A DNA stretch of 64,000 nt. Source: an uncultured Nitrospiraceae bacterium. GTDB lineage: Bacteria; Nitrospirota; Nitrospiria; Nitrospirales; Nitrospiraceae. Positions 19,136-27,924 of this stretch are shown here, piece by piece (position 1 is the first letter of the stretch; each line of letters starts with the position of its first letter). Below the pieces are notes generated by a model that saw nothing but the letters and a program-made list of their open reading frames with translations, did no database searches and was not told the origin of the DNA. Both the position numbers and the translations under genes were made by a program. Where the stretch lies: assembly GCA_963846575.1 (NCBI GenBank), contig CAWJWJ010000002.1, positions 2,528,001 to 2,592,000 on the forward strand, read 5' to 3'.

Positions 19136-19915
19136 TCATCGAATTTCGGCCATCTTTGCTTTGGCGAGCTTCGCTTCATCCGACGTAGAGTATTCCTCGA
19201 TGACCCGCTTGAGATATTTTCTCGACTTGGCTGTATCTCCGGTCTCGGCCGCCGAGAGGCCGAGTTTGAAGAGTGCGGCGGGTACTTTCTCATTTCCCGC
19301 ATACTCATTGACCACATGCTCAAACGCCTGCATCGCTCGAATGTAATCTTTCTGGCCGTAATAGGACTCTCCCAGCCAGTAATGGGCGTTGGGCGTGAGG
19401 GAGGTGGACGGAAAATCCTTGATGAAATGCTGGAAGCCGCTCACCGCTAGATCGAACTTGCCGTTGAGATAATCATTGTAGGCCAAGTTGAACGCTGAGG
19501 TCGGAGTAATCGAGGGAACACCCGGAACGATCGACGGCGCATCGAGAGGCCCGGACGGCTTGGACACGCGCGCTTGACGAGTCGCTTCCGCCGGGGCGAC
19601 ATCCGCCCGCGTGGAAGATGCCTGCGCGAGTTGCGCCTCCTCGAGTCTTGCGAGACGCGCTTCCAGTTTTTGAAGCCGCCCCTGGCCATCATCAAGCCTC
19701 AGCTTTCCCCCCTCCGGCTCACGCACCCGTTCGAGAGATTCCAGGCGGCGCTGCATGGCCTCAAAGCGTTTCTGCTCCTGATCCTGAGTCTTCGCGATGA
19801 TGGAAATTTGGTCCCGAATCTCCAAAAAGTCGGCGTGCTTCGCGCAACCTGACACGAGAAGCCCGCAAGCTATCCCTGCGGCCACCTGCAATGACACCAT
19901 GCATCGGAGGTTCAT
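19136..19915 (-). CDS. cpoB: Tol-Pal-associated CpoB/YbgF lipoprotein
   Basis: Lipobox, coiled coil, C-terminal TPR NAHYWLGESYY...KVPAALFKLG. Confidence 0.85.
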   Translation of the reverse strand: MNLRCMVSLQVAAGIACGLLVSGCAKHADFLEIRDQISIIAKTQDQEQKRFEAMQRRLESLERVREPEGGKLRLDDGQGRLQKLEARLARLEEAQLAQASSTRADVAPAEATRQARVSKPSGPLDAPSIVPGVPSITPTSAFNLAYNDYLNGKFDLAVSGFQHFIKDFPSTSLTPNAHYWLGESYYGQKDYIRAMQAFEHVVNEYAGNEKVPAALFKLGLSAAETGDTAKSRKYLKRVIEEYSTSDEAKLAKAKMAEIR

Positions 19916-21612
19916 CGTTCGTGCAACTCCTTTAATTGATTCAGCTTGTCGATCGCCTTATTGGCTTCCGGCGACCTCGGATAAAGATCGACGACCTGCT
20001 TCAAGGCCGAGGCGGCACGTTTCCGATCCTTCAATGCCAGATACGCATAGCCTTTTTTCAGCAGCGCGGCCGGCACTTTTTCACTCGCCGGATGATTCAG
20101 TTGCACTTGATCGTAGGCATCAATCGCCCGTGAATAATCCTTCTTGCCGTAATACGACTCACCCAGCCAAAATCTGGCGTTCGGGGCGAGGTCTGACTGG
20201 GGATGGTGCACGAGAAATTCTGCAAACCCCTGGCGTGCTCCGTCTAAATCGCCCTCTTTAAAACGAGCCAACGTTCGCTCATAGGATTCTCGATCCTGCA
20301 CGAGCCCGGCAGTGCGGTTCTCCTGGCGTGAGCTCCCTGCCGATTGGGCGCTAGACGGGGCCGATGTCGAAGCAGCTTCCTGTTTCGGCATAGTCTGCGC
20401 CTGAGCAAGCGGCGAGACCTCGGAAACCGCAGAAGCCTGCTCGGACCGCTGCGAGGCGTTGGCCCTGAGCATCGCGAGATGCTGTTCGACCTGCTTCAGG
20501 AAAGCGTGCTGATTTTCCAGGTTCTTGTCGAGAGTTTGAATTTGGGCCTGAACATGGGCCAACTCGCGCGCAGTCTCATCAAGTCGACGTTCCTGCTCCT
20601 CTCCGCGAGACACGAACTTTCCGCCGGCATTTTCCAGCGCCTTCGCCACCGACGCCACGCTCCGGTTCACTTCGTTCAGATGGTCCGCCGTGACCTTATT
20701 ATCAGCATCGATCTTTCCGGCCAGGGCATCCGTACGCCGACCCAGGGCCGTCGTGTCTTGATCCACGGAGGCCGCCAGTTGTTTGAGCGTTTGATCCTGC
20801 TGAACAACCCGTTCACCCAGACCGTTCAGGGCTTGTCGGAAATCAACCAATGCCTGATTGAGCTTTGTTACCTGGTCCGCGAGCGACTTGTTTTGAGCAT
20901 CGAGTTGGGCCACATTGTGCGACCTGGTCTCCAGCATATGGGCGAGTTTCTGCTGCTCATCCAATCGTTTTTGCTGGTCATCCAGCCTCGAGTCCACCTT
21001 TTGGGCAAGTGCCGTCGACGTCTTTTGGACGGCATCCAGCAAGTTCTTCTGTATGGCATCAATATGGGCTGTCACCTGATCCATGCGGGACGCCATGCTC
21101 GCCTGATCGGACTTGTTCCGGTCTCGTTCTCCCTTGAGCATGGCATCCTGGTCGACCAACTGCTTTTCGACCCAGCCCAATCGTTTGCTCTCTTCGAGCA
21201 AGCGTTTCTCGCTTTCGCCTAACCGCTGATTAAGTTTCGAGTCCTGGGAAGCCAGTTTCGCCATGAGGTCGTCCTGCTTCGCCTCGAGGCTCTGACTCCG
21301 ATGGATGGCTCTATCGACCTCTCCCCGCAAGGAGGGAATATCCTGTTCCCGAAGGGACACGATTTCCTGATTTTGACGAGCCCTGTTCTGGGCCTGCTCC
21401 TCTGTCGTTTGTTTAATGCGACGTTGGAGTTCACGTTCCGTCTGCTTGAGATCAGCCTGTTGAGCCACACAGCCCGAGAGCAGCGCAAGCCCCGCCCCGA
21501 CGAGCACCAGCACGACAGACCCGCACAGCGGCTCCGATCCGCGTGAGGCAGCCCGGCGCCCAATCGATCGTTGGTCCACCATCTCAGTTCGATGCATCCA
21601 TCCACCGTCCAT
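19912..21612 (-). CDS. CpoB/YbgF paralogue with long coiled coil
   Basis: Lipobox LLSG-C, about 330 aa heptad-rich region, TPR NARFWLGESYY...KVPAALLKKG; start uncertain. Confidence 0.8.
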   Translation of the reverse strand: MDGGWMHRTEMVDQRSIGRRAASRGSEPLCGSVVLVLVGAGLALLSGCVAQQADLKQTERELQRRIKQTTEEQAQNRARQNQEIVSLREQDIPSLRGEVDRAIHRSQSLEAKQDDLMAKLASQDSKLNQRLGESEKRLLEESKRLGWVEKQLVDQDAMLKGERDRNKSDQASMASRMDQVTAHIDAIQKNLLDAVQKTSTALAQKVDSRLDDQQKRLDEQQKLAHMLETRSHNVAQLDAQNKSLADQVTKLNQALVDFRQALNGLGERVVQQDQTLKQLAASVDQDTTALGRRTDALAGKIDADNKVTADHLNEVNRSVASVAKALENAGGKFVSRGEEQERRLDETARELAHVQAQIQTLDKNLENQHAFLKQVEQHLAMLRANASQRSEQASAVSEVSPLAQAQTMPKQEAASTSAPSSAQSAGSSRQENRTAGLVQDRESYERTLARFKEGDLDGARQGFAEFLVHHPQSDLAPNARFWLGESYYGKKDYSRAIDAYDQVQLNHPASEKVPAALLKKGYAYLALKDRKRAASALKQVVDLYPRSPEANKAIDKLNQLKELHER

Positions 21613-21677
21613 GACAAGTCTCCCTTGACCTGCGCCCGTTCCGGAGAATCATGTCACATCGTCCATGATCCGAACAG

Positions 21678-22469
21678 TTATTTCGATCGCACGACCACGT
21701 GGCCACGCCGATTCTGCTGGTAGCAGCTCTCCGTACGGTCATTGCAGAACGGTCGCTCCTTGCCGTACGACACCACGGACAGCCGGTTGGCGCCGACGCC
21801 GAGTTCGACCAGATAATTCCGCACGGCCTTCGCACGCTTCTCACCCAACACCAGGTTGTAGGCCAACGTGCCACGCTCGTCGCAATGACCTTCGATTTTG
21901 ACCAACGCTCCGGTATTTCCCTTGATCCACTGAGCATCCTGCGTCAACGATTGCCGGCCCTCTTCAGTGATGGTCCAGCTGTCATAGCCAAAAAATACAT
22001 CGCGCAACCCGGCTTCCGCCGAAGCCGCCTGCTCCTTAGCCTGCTCACGACGGATATCCTCAATCTGGCGCGCCGTGCTTTCCGATGGCTCCACCTTGGC
22101 CAGCATCGTGCCTCCGCCGCCAAGCCGTTCCTCGGATGGAGCCTTACCCCCGGATACCGAATCAAATCCGCGCAAGCCACCACTTTCGGGTTCATCTTGA
22201 GGCTTGCTCGAGAGTGACAAATCGGGGAAGGTCGCGCTGGGTGCGTCAAAGGCATTACCCGACCCCATTGAATCCGTCGAACCCATCGACCCTGTGGAGC
22301 CCATAGAACCCATCGCACTTGGCGCCGGACCTCCCGACTTCGCCATGCCGCGATCCGATGACTGGGCGTCCCCGCCTGATTGAATCGACTTTTTCGAACA
22401 CCCTCCCTGCATGACCAACAGCATCCCAAGGACTACTGTCAGACCAGTTGTCGCTACCCGTATCGTCAT
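21678..22469 (-). CDS. pal: Peptidoglycan-associated lipoprotein Pal
   Basis: Lipobox, OmpA-C domain IEGHCDERGT..YN..LGEKRA...SYGKERP...NRR; start placed behind GAGGAG. Confidence 0.92.
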   Translation of the reverse strand: MTIRVATTGLTVVLGMLLVMQGGCSKKSIQSGGDAQSSDRGMAKSGGPAPSAMGSMGSTGSMGSTDSMGSGNAFDAPSATFPDLSLSSKPQDEPESGGLRGFDSVSGGKAPSEERLGGGGTMLAKVEPSESTARQIEDIRREQAKEQAASAEAGLRDVFFGYDSWTITEEGRQSLTQDAQWIKGNTGALVKIEGHCDERGTLAYNLVLGEKRAKAVRNYLVELGVGANRLSVVSYGKERPFCNDRTESCYQQNRRGHVVVRSK

Positions 22470-22538
22470 ATCGTTACTCCTCATGGCTAGTGAATGGTTA
22501 ATATATCGTAGACCCAGTCGATAGTGTGATAGCCGCTC

Positions 22539-23870
22539 CTATAGCGCCGGTGACCAAGCCGGCGAACTGTTATGGGTGCCGCCAAAGGTGATGCGTTCTA
22601 AATTTTTCCCGTCCGTATCCACCATATAGATGTGGCTTTTTCCATCGACCGTCGAGCTAAACGTGAGGTGTCGACCATCAGGGGACCAGGAAGGAGAGTC
22701 ATCAATCCCTGACCCAGTCGTGACCTGAACCCGTTTCTGCCCATCCGGGGACACTATACAGAGTTTGTACAGCCGCTGAGAGGTTCGACAGACGTAGGCA
22801 ATCCAATTTCCGCGCGGTGACCAGGCTGGAGCCGCATTGTAGTCGCCCTCATAGGTCAATCGACGGACGTTTGATCCATCCGCACTCATGATGAATAACT
22901 GCGGAGCCCCGCCGCGGTCGGAGGTGAAGGCGATTTCCCGACCGGTGGGTGACCATGTCGGCGACAAATCGCCCCCCTGATTGACCGTCAGTCGATGAGA
23001 GGCTTTGGTCCGGGTATCCAGTTTGTAGATCTCCGAGTTGCCGTCCTGACTGCTGGCGAACGCCAGGAAATTGCCGTCGGGCGACAAAGCGGGTGTAATG
23101 TTCAGGCCCGACATTGAGACCAACGTCCATCGCTTACCGGTCGCAAGCTCCAGAATGTCGATGTCCTGGGTATTCCGGCTTCGATAGGCCGTGAACACGA
23201 TGAACCGGCGATCGGGCGACCATCGAGGCATCAGATTGAGAAACCCGTCCGCGGTAATCTGTTTGGGCTCGTAGCCGTCGTAGTCCATCACATAGAGTTC
23301 GCGGGCATTGCCGTGTTCCGCGACATACACAATTTTTGTCCTGGCAATACCGGGTTCTCCCGTGTAGCGGAAAACCAGCTCGTCGGCGAAACGATGGGCC
23401 ATCAACCGCACCACGGAGGTCGATCCCACATACCGTTTTCCACCGACGACTTCATCGCTCCCGCTGTCATAAACAAAGCCGTCCATCGAAAGCTCCGATT
23501 CGGCGCTGCCGTTTCGTGGCCCGGACTTTCCCCACACCAGCACCGACACTCCGTTCTCGGCCGCCTGCTTGAAGACAGCCTTGTCGGTGGTGCTCACCTC
23601 GCGGACCTTGACGCCGATCCCCGGAAGGTCTACCAGCGAAAACACAAGCGAGCGCTGCAGATCGGCTTTGAGTACCTCTTCGATGCGCCCCCCCAACCAT
23701 TCCGGGCCTCCCCCGTTTTGGAAGCCGAACACACCGATGGGAATTTTCTGAAAGTCAGGCCGGGTGGCTTCGAGAAACACATCGGTGGCTCGAGAGTCGA
23801 GGATACCGAACAACCCGGCTCCCACCACGATACAGACTGCGCACATGAGCCCGATAACAATTCGATTCAT
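22539..23870 (-). CDS. tolB: Tol-Pal beta-propeller protein TolB
   Basis: AHRFAD..V...TGEPGIA.TKI, repeated P.WSPDG (PD40) blades. Confidence 0.94.
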   Translation of the reverse strand: MNRIVIGLMCAVCIVVGAGLFGILDSRATDVFLEATRPDFQKIPIGVFGFQNGGGPEWLGGRIEEVLKADLQRSLVFSLVDLPGIGVKVREVSTTDKAVFKQAAENGVSVLVWGKSGPRNGSAESELSMDGFVYDSGSDEVVGGKRYVGSTSVVRLMAHRFADELVFRYTGEPGIARTKIVYVAEHGNARELYVMDYDGYEPKQITADGFLNLMPRWSPDRRFIVFTAYRSRNTQDIDILELATGKRWTLVSMSGLNITPALSPDGNFLAFASSQDGNSEIYKLDTRTKASHRLTVNQGGDLSPTWSPTGREIAFTSDRGGAPQLFIMSADGSNVRRLTYEGDYNAAPAWSPRGNWIAYVCRTSQRLYKLCIVSPDGQKRVQVTTGSGIDDSPSWSPDGRHLTFSSTVDGKSHIYMVDTDGKNLERITFGGTHNSSPAWSPAL

Positions 23871-25117
23871 CCTGCTGCCTCGCCTACGGAAAAGGTAAAG
23901 TGTGCATCGAAATAGGAGTCGGTCAGATCGGAAGGAAAGGGCGGCAGGGGCACTGCGCTTTGGACGGCTCGTTGCGCCGCCAGGTCATAATAGTCATTCC
24001 CCGAGGACTGCTCGATCGCCACGCTGCTCACGCGCCCGTCACGCTCCAAGCGAAATCTCACCATCACCGTCAAGGCTTTCCCTGACAAATCAACTGGGGG
24101 CGCGGTCCAGAATCCGCTGATTCTCGCTTGCACGCGGGCCAGATACTGGTTCGACCCGGCCAGCCCCGCAAGGCGTAATCGGGTGTCCGGTTTACTGCGA
24201 GGAATGCTTGCGGTCACCGGAGGGGCAGAGGCAGCGGGCTGAGGTTCGCGGAACATCGGCTTGACCTCTCGCACCGGTTCGGAAAACTTTACCGGCGGCA
24301 ACGTCTGAACCTTTTTCAGATCTTGCAACTCCTGGTCGAGGTCGCGACTCAACTCCTCAGACAACGACGCACGTTTGGGCGGCGCTACAGCCGGTTTCTG
24401 GTTTTCCGGCTGTGCCTCGGCAGGGACCGGCGCGGCGGCGGCCATTTCAGGCACTTTTAACCGCTTCAGCATGGCATCCAGGTCAGATCGTTCAGGACTC
24501 CGCTCCGGCTTCGCCTGCGCGGCTCGTTTCATGCCGGCTGGCTTCACAGGGGCGAGATCGCCGTACTGCGGTGCATTGGGCGGCAACTCGATATCCTTCA
24601 TCACATCCCGCAGCACATCATTCCGGTTCGGAACCGGCGCAGAAGAAGGCGACTTCGCCGCCTGAGGGATGGGCTGTGGGGCAGCGAGAGTCGGAGCCGG
24701 CAATCTGGGTGCCGGCACGGGAGCGGGAGCCGGCGCGGGAGCGGGGGTCATCGGCTTGGCAACCGGAGTGGTCTGCACTGGCGGTAGAGGGGTATGCGCC
24801 TGTACGGGCTTCGGCGGAACGGGGATCGGAACGGTCTGGACGGGCTTCGGCGCCGGTCGAGGAACCACTTTTTCAGCCTTCTCTACTTTCGGCTCCGGCT
24901 TACTCTCTGCGGCCGGGAGACTCACCAGCGACACTTCCACCGCAGACATCGGACGTTCCGTTTTCTTGAATAACTTGGCGCCCATAATCAGGGACAAGAG
25001 ACAGACATGCAGCAGCAGAGATACCACGACCGTCTTACGAAAACGGCCGCTCCCGGTTTCAACCAGATCCCCGATCAGAAACGGCGCAGTATGTCTTGGC
25101 AGGGCTTGGAACGTCAT
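23867..25117 (-). CDS. tolA: TolA/TonB-like energy transducer
   Basis: TM with SLLLH motif, Pro-rich linker, TonB_C-like domain SSGNDYYD.AA.RAV; lies between tolR and tolB. Confidence 0.8.
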   Translation of the reverse strand: MTFQALPRHTAPFLIGDLVETGSGRFRKTVVVSLLLHVCLLSLIMGAKLFKKTERPMSAVEVSLVSLPAAESKPEPKVEKAEKVVPRPAPKPVQTVPIPVPPKPVQAHTPLPPVQTTPVAKPMTPAPAPAPAPVPAPRLPAPTLAAPQPIPQAAKSPSSAPVPNRNDVLRDVMKDIELPPNAPQYGDLAPVKPAGMKRAAQAKPERSPERSDLDAMLKRLKVPEMAAAAPVPAEAQPENQKPAVAPPKRASLSEELSRDLDQELQDLKKVQTLPPVKFSEPVREVKPMFREPQPAASAPPVTASIPRSKPDTRLRLAGLAGSNQYLARVQARISGFWTAPPVDLSGKALTVMVRFRLERDGRVSSVAIEQSSGNDYYDLAAQRAVQSAVPLPPFPSDLTDSYFDAHFTFSVGEAAG

Positions 25118-25158
25118 GACTTGCGATCAGACCGTGCGGCGTGCGAGTCGCTGTGCCG

Positions 25159-25611
25159 CTACTTTTTGCGTGGTTGCGCGGGAGGCGTGACCGACTCACT
25201 CACGCGCTCGGCACTTGTGGGCTCCGTCACCATGCCCAGCTTTTCGATCCCAGCTTTTTTCACACTGTCCATAACCTGCACAACAATGCCGTACGGCACA
25301 TCCCGGTCCGCACGCAGGTAGAGCGAGACCTCGGGGCTCTGATCTTTCAGTACTCGAAGTTTCCGTTCGAGCTGAACCACACTGACTTGATCCTTATCCA
25401 AATACAATCGCTGATCGCGCTCAATGGACAAAACTGCTCTCGCTTCCGGCTTAATCGTATTGCTGGCAGACTTCGGGAGGTTGATATCCATCCCTCGATA
25501 CAACATCGGCGCGGTCACCATGAAAATCACGAGGAGCACCAGGACGACGTCCACCAACGGGATCACATTGATCTCCGCCATGAACCGACGGTGGCGCGTT
25601 TCCGACATCAT
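25159..25611 (-). CDS. tolR: TolR/ExbD
   Basis: EINVIPLVDVVLVLLVIFMVTAP, RADRDVPYG. Confidence 0.92.
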   Translation of the reverse strand: MMSETRHRRFMAEINVIPLVDVVLVLLVIFMVTAPMLYRGMDINLPKSASNTIKPEARAVLSIERDQRLYLDKDQVSVVQLERKLRVLKDQSPEVSLYLRADRDVPYGIVVQVMDSVKKAGIEKLGMVTEPTSAERVSESVTPPAQPRKK

Positions 25612-26330
25612 CCCTGCACCCCGACCGCAGTCTGCTTAAGGCGAGTCTGCAACGAACGCATTGCCTCGACCGTAAAGGATTCGATTCGAAACACCGTTTT
25701 ACGGATACGCGTCAGATAATAGTTGTAAAAGATCACCGCGGGTATGGCGGTAAACAATCCGGCGGCCGTGGCCACGAGCGCCTCAGACACGCCCGGCGCG
25801 ACCGCCGCGATGCTGGCCGTTCCCTGCAAGCCGATCTCGCGGAACGAATCAATGATGCCCAGCACAGTGCCCAACAAACCGATAAAGGGGGTGATATTGC
25901 CGGTGGTCGCGAGAACAGGCAGGTAGGACTCCAACTGTGACACCTGGTTCTGCACCAGGTAGGCGACGGTCTTGTCCATGTATTGGTGGTCAATGGCGGG
26001 CGCAGGCTCCCTCGATACACCAGCCGGCTGATGCAGGCTCATCGCGCCATCGCCGGAGAGCGTCATGACACGGTCCATAATGCCTTGAAAGACGCGTGCG
26101 CTCGGGCTACCGTCGGCTCGTTTGGATTGACGGTATAATTCGTCGAGATCACGAATCTTCGTGAAGGCATTGAAGAACCGTTGGTCCTCGCGATCAGCCG
26201 CCTTGAAACTCCGCCATTTGTAAAAAATCACTCCCCACGAAACTACGGAAGCTAGAAGCAGCAGCAAGAGAACAATTTTCGAGACCGCACCCAGCGATCC
26301 CACCAACCCCGTCACGCCTGATTGGAACAT
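25608..26330 (-). CDS. tolQ: TolQ/ExbB proton channel
   Basis: PFIGLLGTVLGI, VAPGVSEALVATAAGL..AIPA. Confidence 0.92.
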   Translation of the reverse strand: MFQSGVTGLVGSLGAVSKIVLLLLLLASVVSWGVIFYKWRSFKAADREDQRFFNAFTKIRDLDELYRQSKRADGSPSARVFQGIMDRVMTLSGDGAMSLHQPAGVSREPAPAIDHQYMDKTVAYLVQNQVSQLESYLPVLATTGNITPFIGLLGTVLGIIDSFREIGLQGTASIAAVAPGVSEALVATAAGLFTAIPAVIFYNYYLTRIRKTVFRIESFTVEAMRSLQTRLKQTAVGVQG

Positions 26331-26403
26331 GAGCCTAGACCTTTCCCTTCACATGGCGTCGACTGAAAACGATAGCATGGAATGTACCAAAAGACTGGGG
26401 GAA

Positions 26404-26482
26404 TGGCGGGGCCGACGGGATTTGAACCCGCGACCTCCAGATTGACAATCTGGCGTCCTAAACCAGGCTGAACGACGGCCCC
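26404..26482 (-). tRNA. tRNA-Asp(GTC)
   Basis: GGGGCCG acceptor stem, anticodon arm CCAGA-TTGTCAA-TCTGG, GGTTCAAATCC T-arm, encoded CCA. Confidence 0.95.
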
Positions 26483-26616
26483 ACGCAATCCAAGATGGCG
26501 GAAGAAGATTCCGAGTCTCAAGAATCTAACTGGCTAAATACGGTAGAGTGCTCACTTGTACATCACTACTAATGGATAAGGCAATGCCCCGCACTGCAAT
26601 TTCCTGTATTTCTTAC

Positions 26617-26692
26617 TGGTAGGCGGAACAGGGATCGAACCTGTGACCTCTGCCTTGTAAGGGCAGCGCTCTCCCAATTGAGCTATCCGCCC
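26617..26692 (-). tRNA. tRNA-Val(TAC)
   Basis: GGGCGGATAGCTCA..., anticodon arm CTGCC-CTTACAA-GGCAG, GGTTCGATCC, encoded CCA. Confidence 0.96.
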
Positions 26693-26721
26693 GATTTTCT
26701 AGTTCTCGGCAGATCTGCGGG

Positions 26722-26750
26722 ATGCTATCAACTCCACAAACTACTGTCAA
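26722..26750 (-). promoter_or_regulatory. Sigma70 promoter for tRNA-Val/tRNA-Asp
   Basis: TTGACA-N17-TAGCAT about 30 nt upstream of tRNA-Val. Confidence 0.65.
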
Positions 26751-26812
26751 CACAGAATCGCCTTGGACACTATGCGCTTCCAGAGGCGGAGAGGCGAGCC
26801 ATGGGTCGAACC

Positions 26813-27763
26813 TCATCGACGGGACTTGTTGCGGGGAAAACACACACTATGGACTTTTTTCAACTGCGAAGAGTCGACATGCGTATAAATCTGAGTCGTT
26901 GAAATATCCGCATGCCCCAGCATCGCCTGCACCGATCGCAAATCCGCGCCATGCTGCAAGAGATGCGTGGCAAACGAATGGCGCAGGGTGTGGGGTGATG
27001 GGAGCCTGGCGATGCCTGCCCGCTGCGCCCGTGCGCGAAGGAGCTTCCAGAATCCCTGCCGGGTGAGCGGCCTGCCCCGCCGGGTGACAAACACGTACGA
27101 TGACAACCGCTGTTTCAATAACAACGGCCGCGCGGCGAGGATATAGTCTTGCAACAACCTGACTGCCGGGCGTCCGATCGGAACGACCCGCTGTTTATCC
27201 CCCTTGCCCGTGATCCCGAGGTATCCCACTTCCATGTTGCATTGATCAATTCGAAGCGAGATCAGTTCCGAGACCCGCAAGCCAGCTGCATATAGTACCT
27301 CCACCATCGCGCGGTCACGACGATCTTCCGGCACCGGGCGAAGTGGAACGTCCAAGAGGTGCGTCACTTCCTCCTGACTCAGCGTTTTGGGAAGCCGCCT
27401 TGATCGAATGGTGCTGCGCAGACTCACTGTCGGGTTCGCCACGACCTTGCCCTCTTCTAACAAGAAGCGGAAGAGGCTGCGAATAGCGGCCAGCGATCGG
27501 GCGCGAGACGACGGCGCCAACCCGGATCGATACAGCTCTTCCAGAAATCCTGACAGCAGAGGTGGCGTCACCTCGTCCGCATTCCGCAGGCCTTGATCGC
27601 GGAGATACCGCTGAAAACAGCCGATATCGCGCCGATACGCCAGTACGGTGTTGAGCGACAAGCCGCGCGCAATCCGCAAATGGTCCCAGTACCGTTCGAT
27701 GAACGGTTCTAACGGAAGCCCGGGCGGACGGCGCGGCGCAGATTCTCTCGGCTCACGTTGCAT
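26813..27763 (-). CDS. xerD: Site-specific tyrosine recombinase XerD
   Basis: RGLS.NT..AYRRD, LYAAGLRVSEL, GKGDKQRVVP, TRQGFW, PHTLRHSFATHLL.HGADLRSVQ.MLGH.DISTTQIYTHV. Confidence 0.92.
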   Translation of the reverse strand: MQREPRESAPRRPPGLPLEPFIERYWDHLRIARGLSLNTVLAYRRDIGCFQRYLRDQGLRNADEVTPPLLSGFLEELYRSGLAPSSRARSLAAIRSLFRFLLEEGKVVANPTVSLRSTIRSRRLPKTLSQEEVTHLLDVPLRPVPEDRRDRAMVEVLYAAGLRVSELISLRIDQCNMEVGYLGITGKGDKQRVVPIGRPAVRLLQDYILAARPLLLKQRLSSYVFVTRRGRPLTRQGFWKLLRARAQRAGIARLPSPHTLRHSFATHLLQHGADLRSVQAMLGHADISTTQIYTHVDSSQLKKVHSVCFPRNKSRR

Positions 27764-27853
27764 CGAACATCCCCGCATGCAGCGAAGGGCGTCAGGCGGA
27801 GGCGACTATAACCAAGCCGTCGCATGAACACAACGCATTCACGGCGACTTGCC

Positions 27854-27882
27854 TTGACACCCCTGACCCTGTTTCCTATAGT
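27854..27882 (+). promoter_or_regulatory. Sigma70 promoter for the LpoA-like gene/trpS
   Basis: TTGACA-N17-TATAGT, 42 nt upstream of ATG 27925. Confidence 0.7.
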
Positions 27883-27924
27883 AGCTCCCATTGCGGCGAG
27901 ACTGTCCGCCATGCTCAGGAGTCA

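Noticed and set aside
24660..24860. Repetitive GGCGC/GGAGC tract in tolA
   Set aside because: Encodes the normal Pro-Ala-rich linker; not a CRISPR array or independent repeat.
26404..27763. Tyrosine recombinase beside tRNA genes, as an integrative element
   Set aside because: The protein has housekeeping XerD signatures, the flanks are core genes, and no duplicated tRNA 3' end (att site) was seen in the window.
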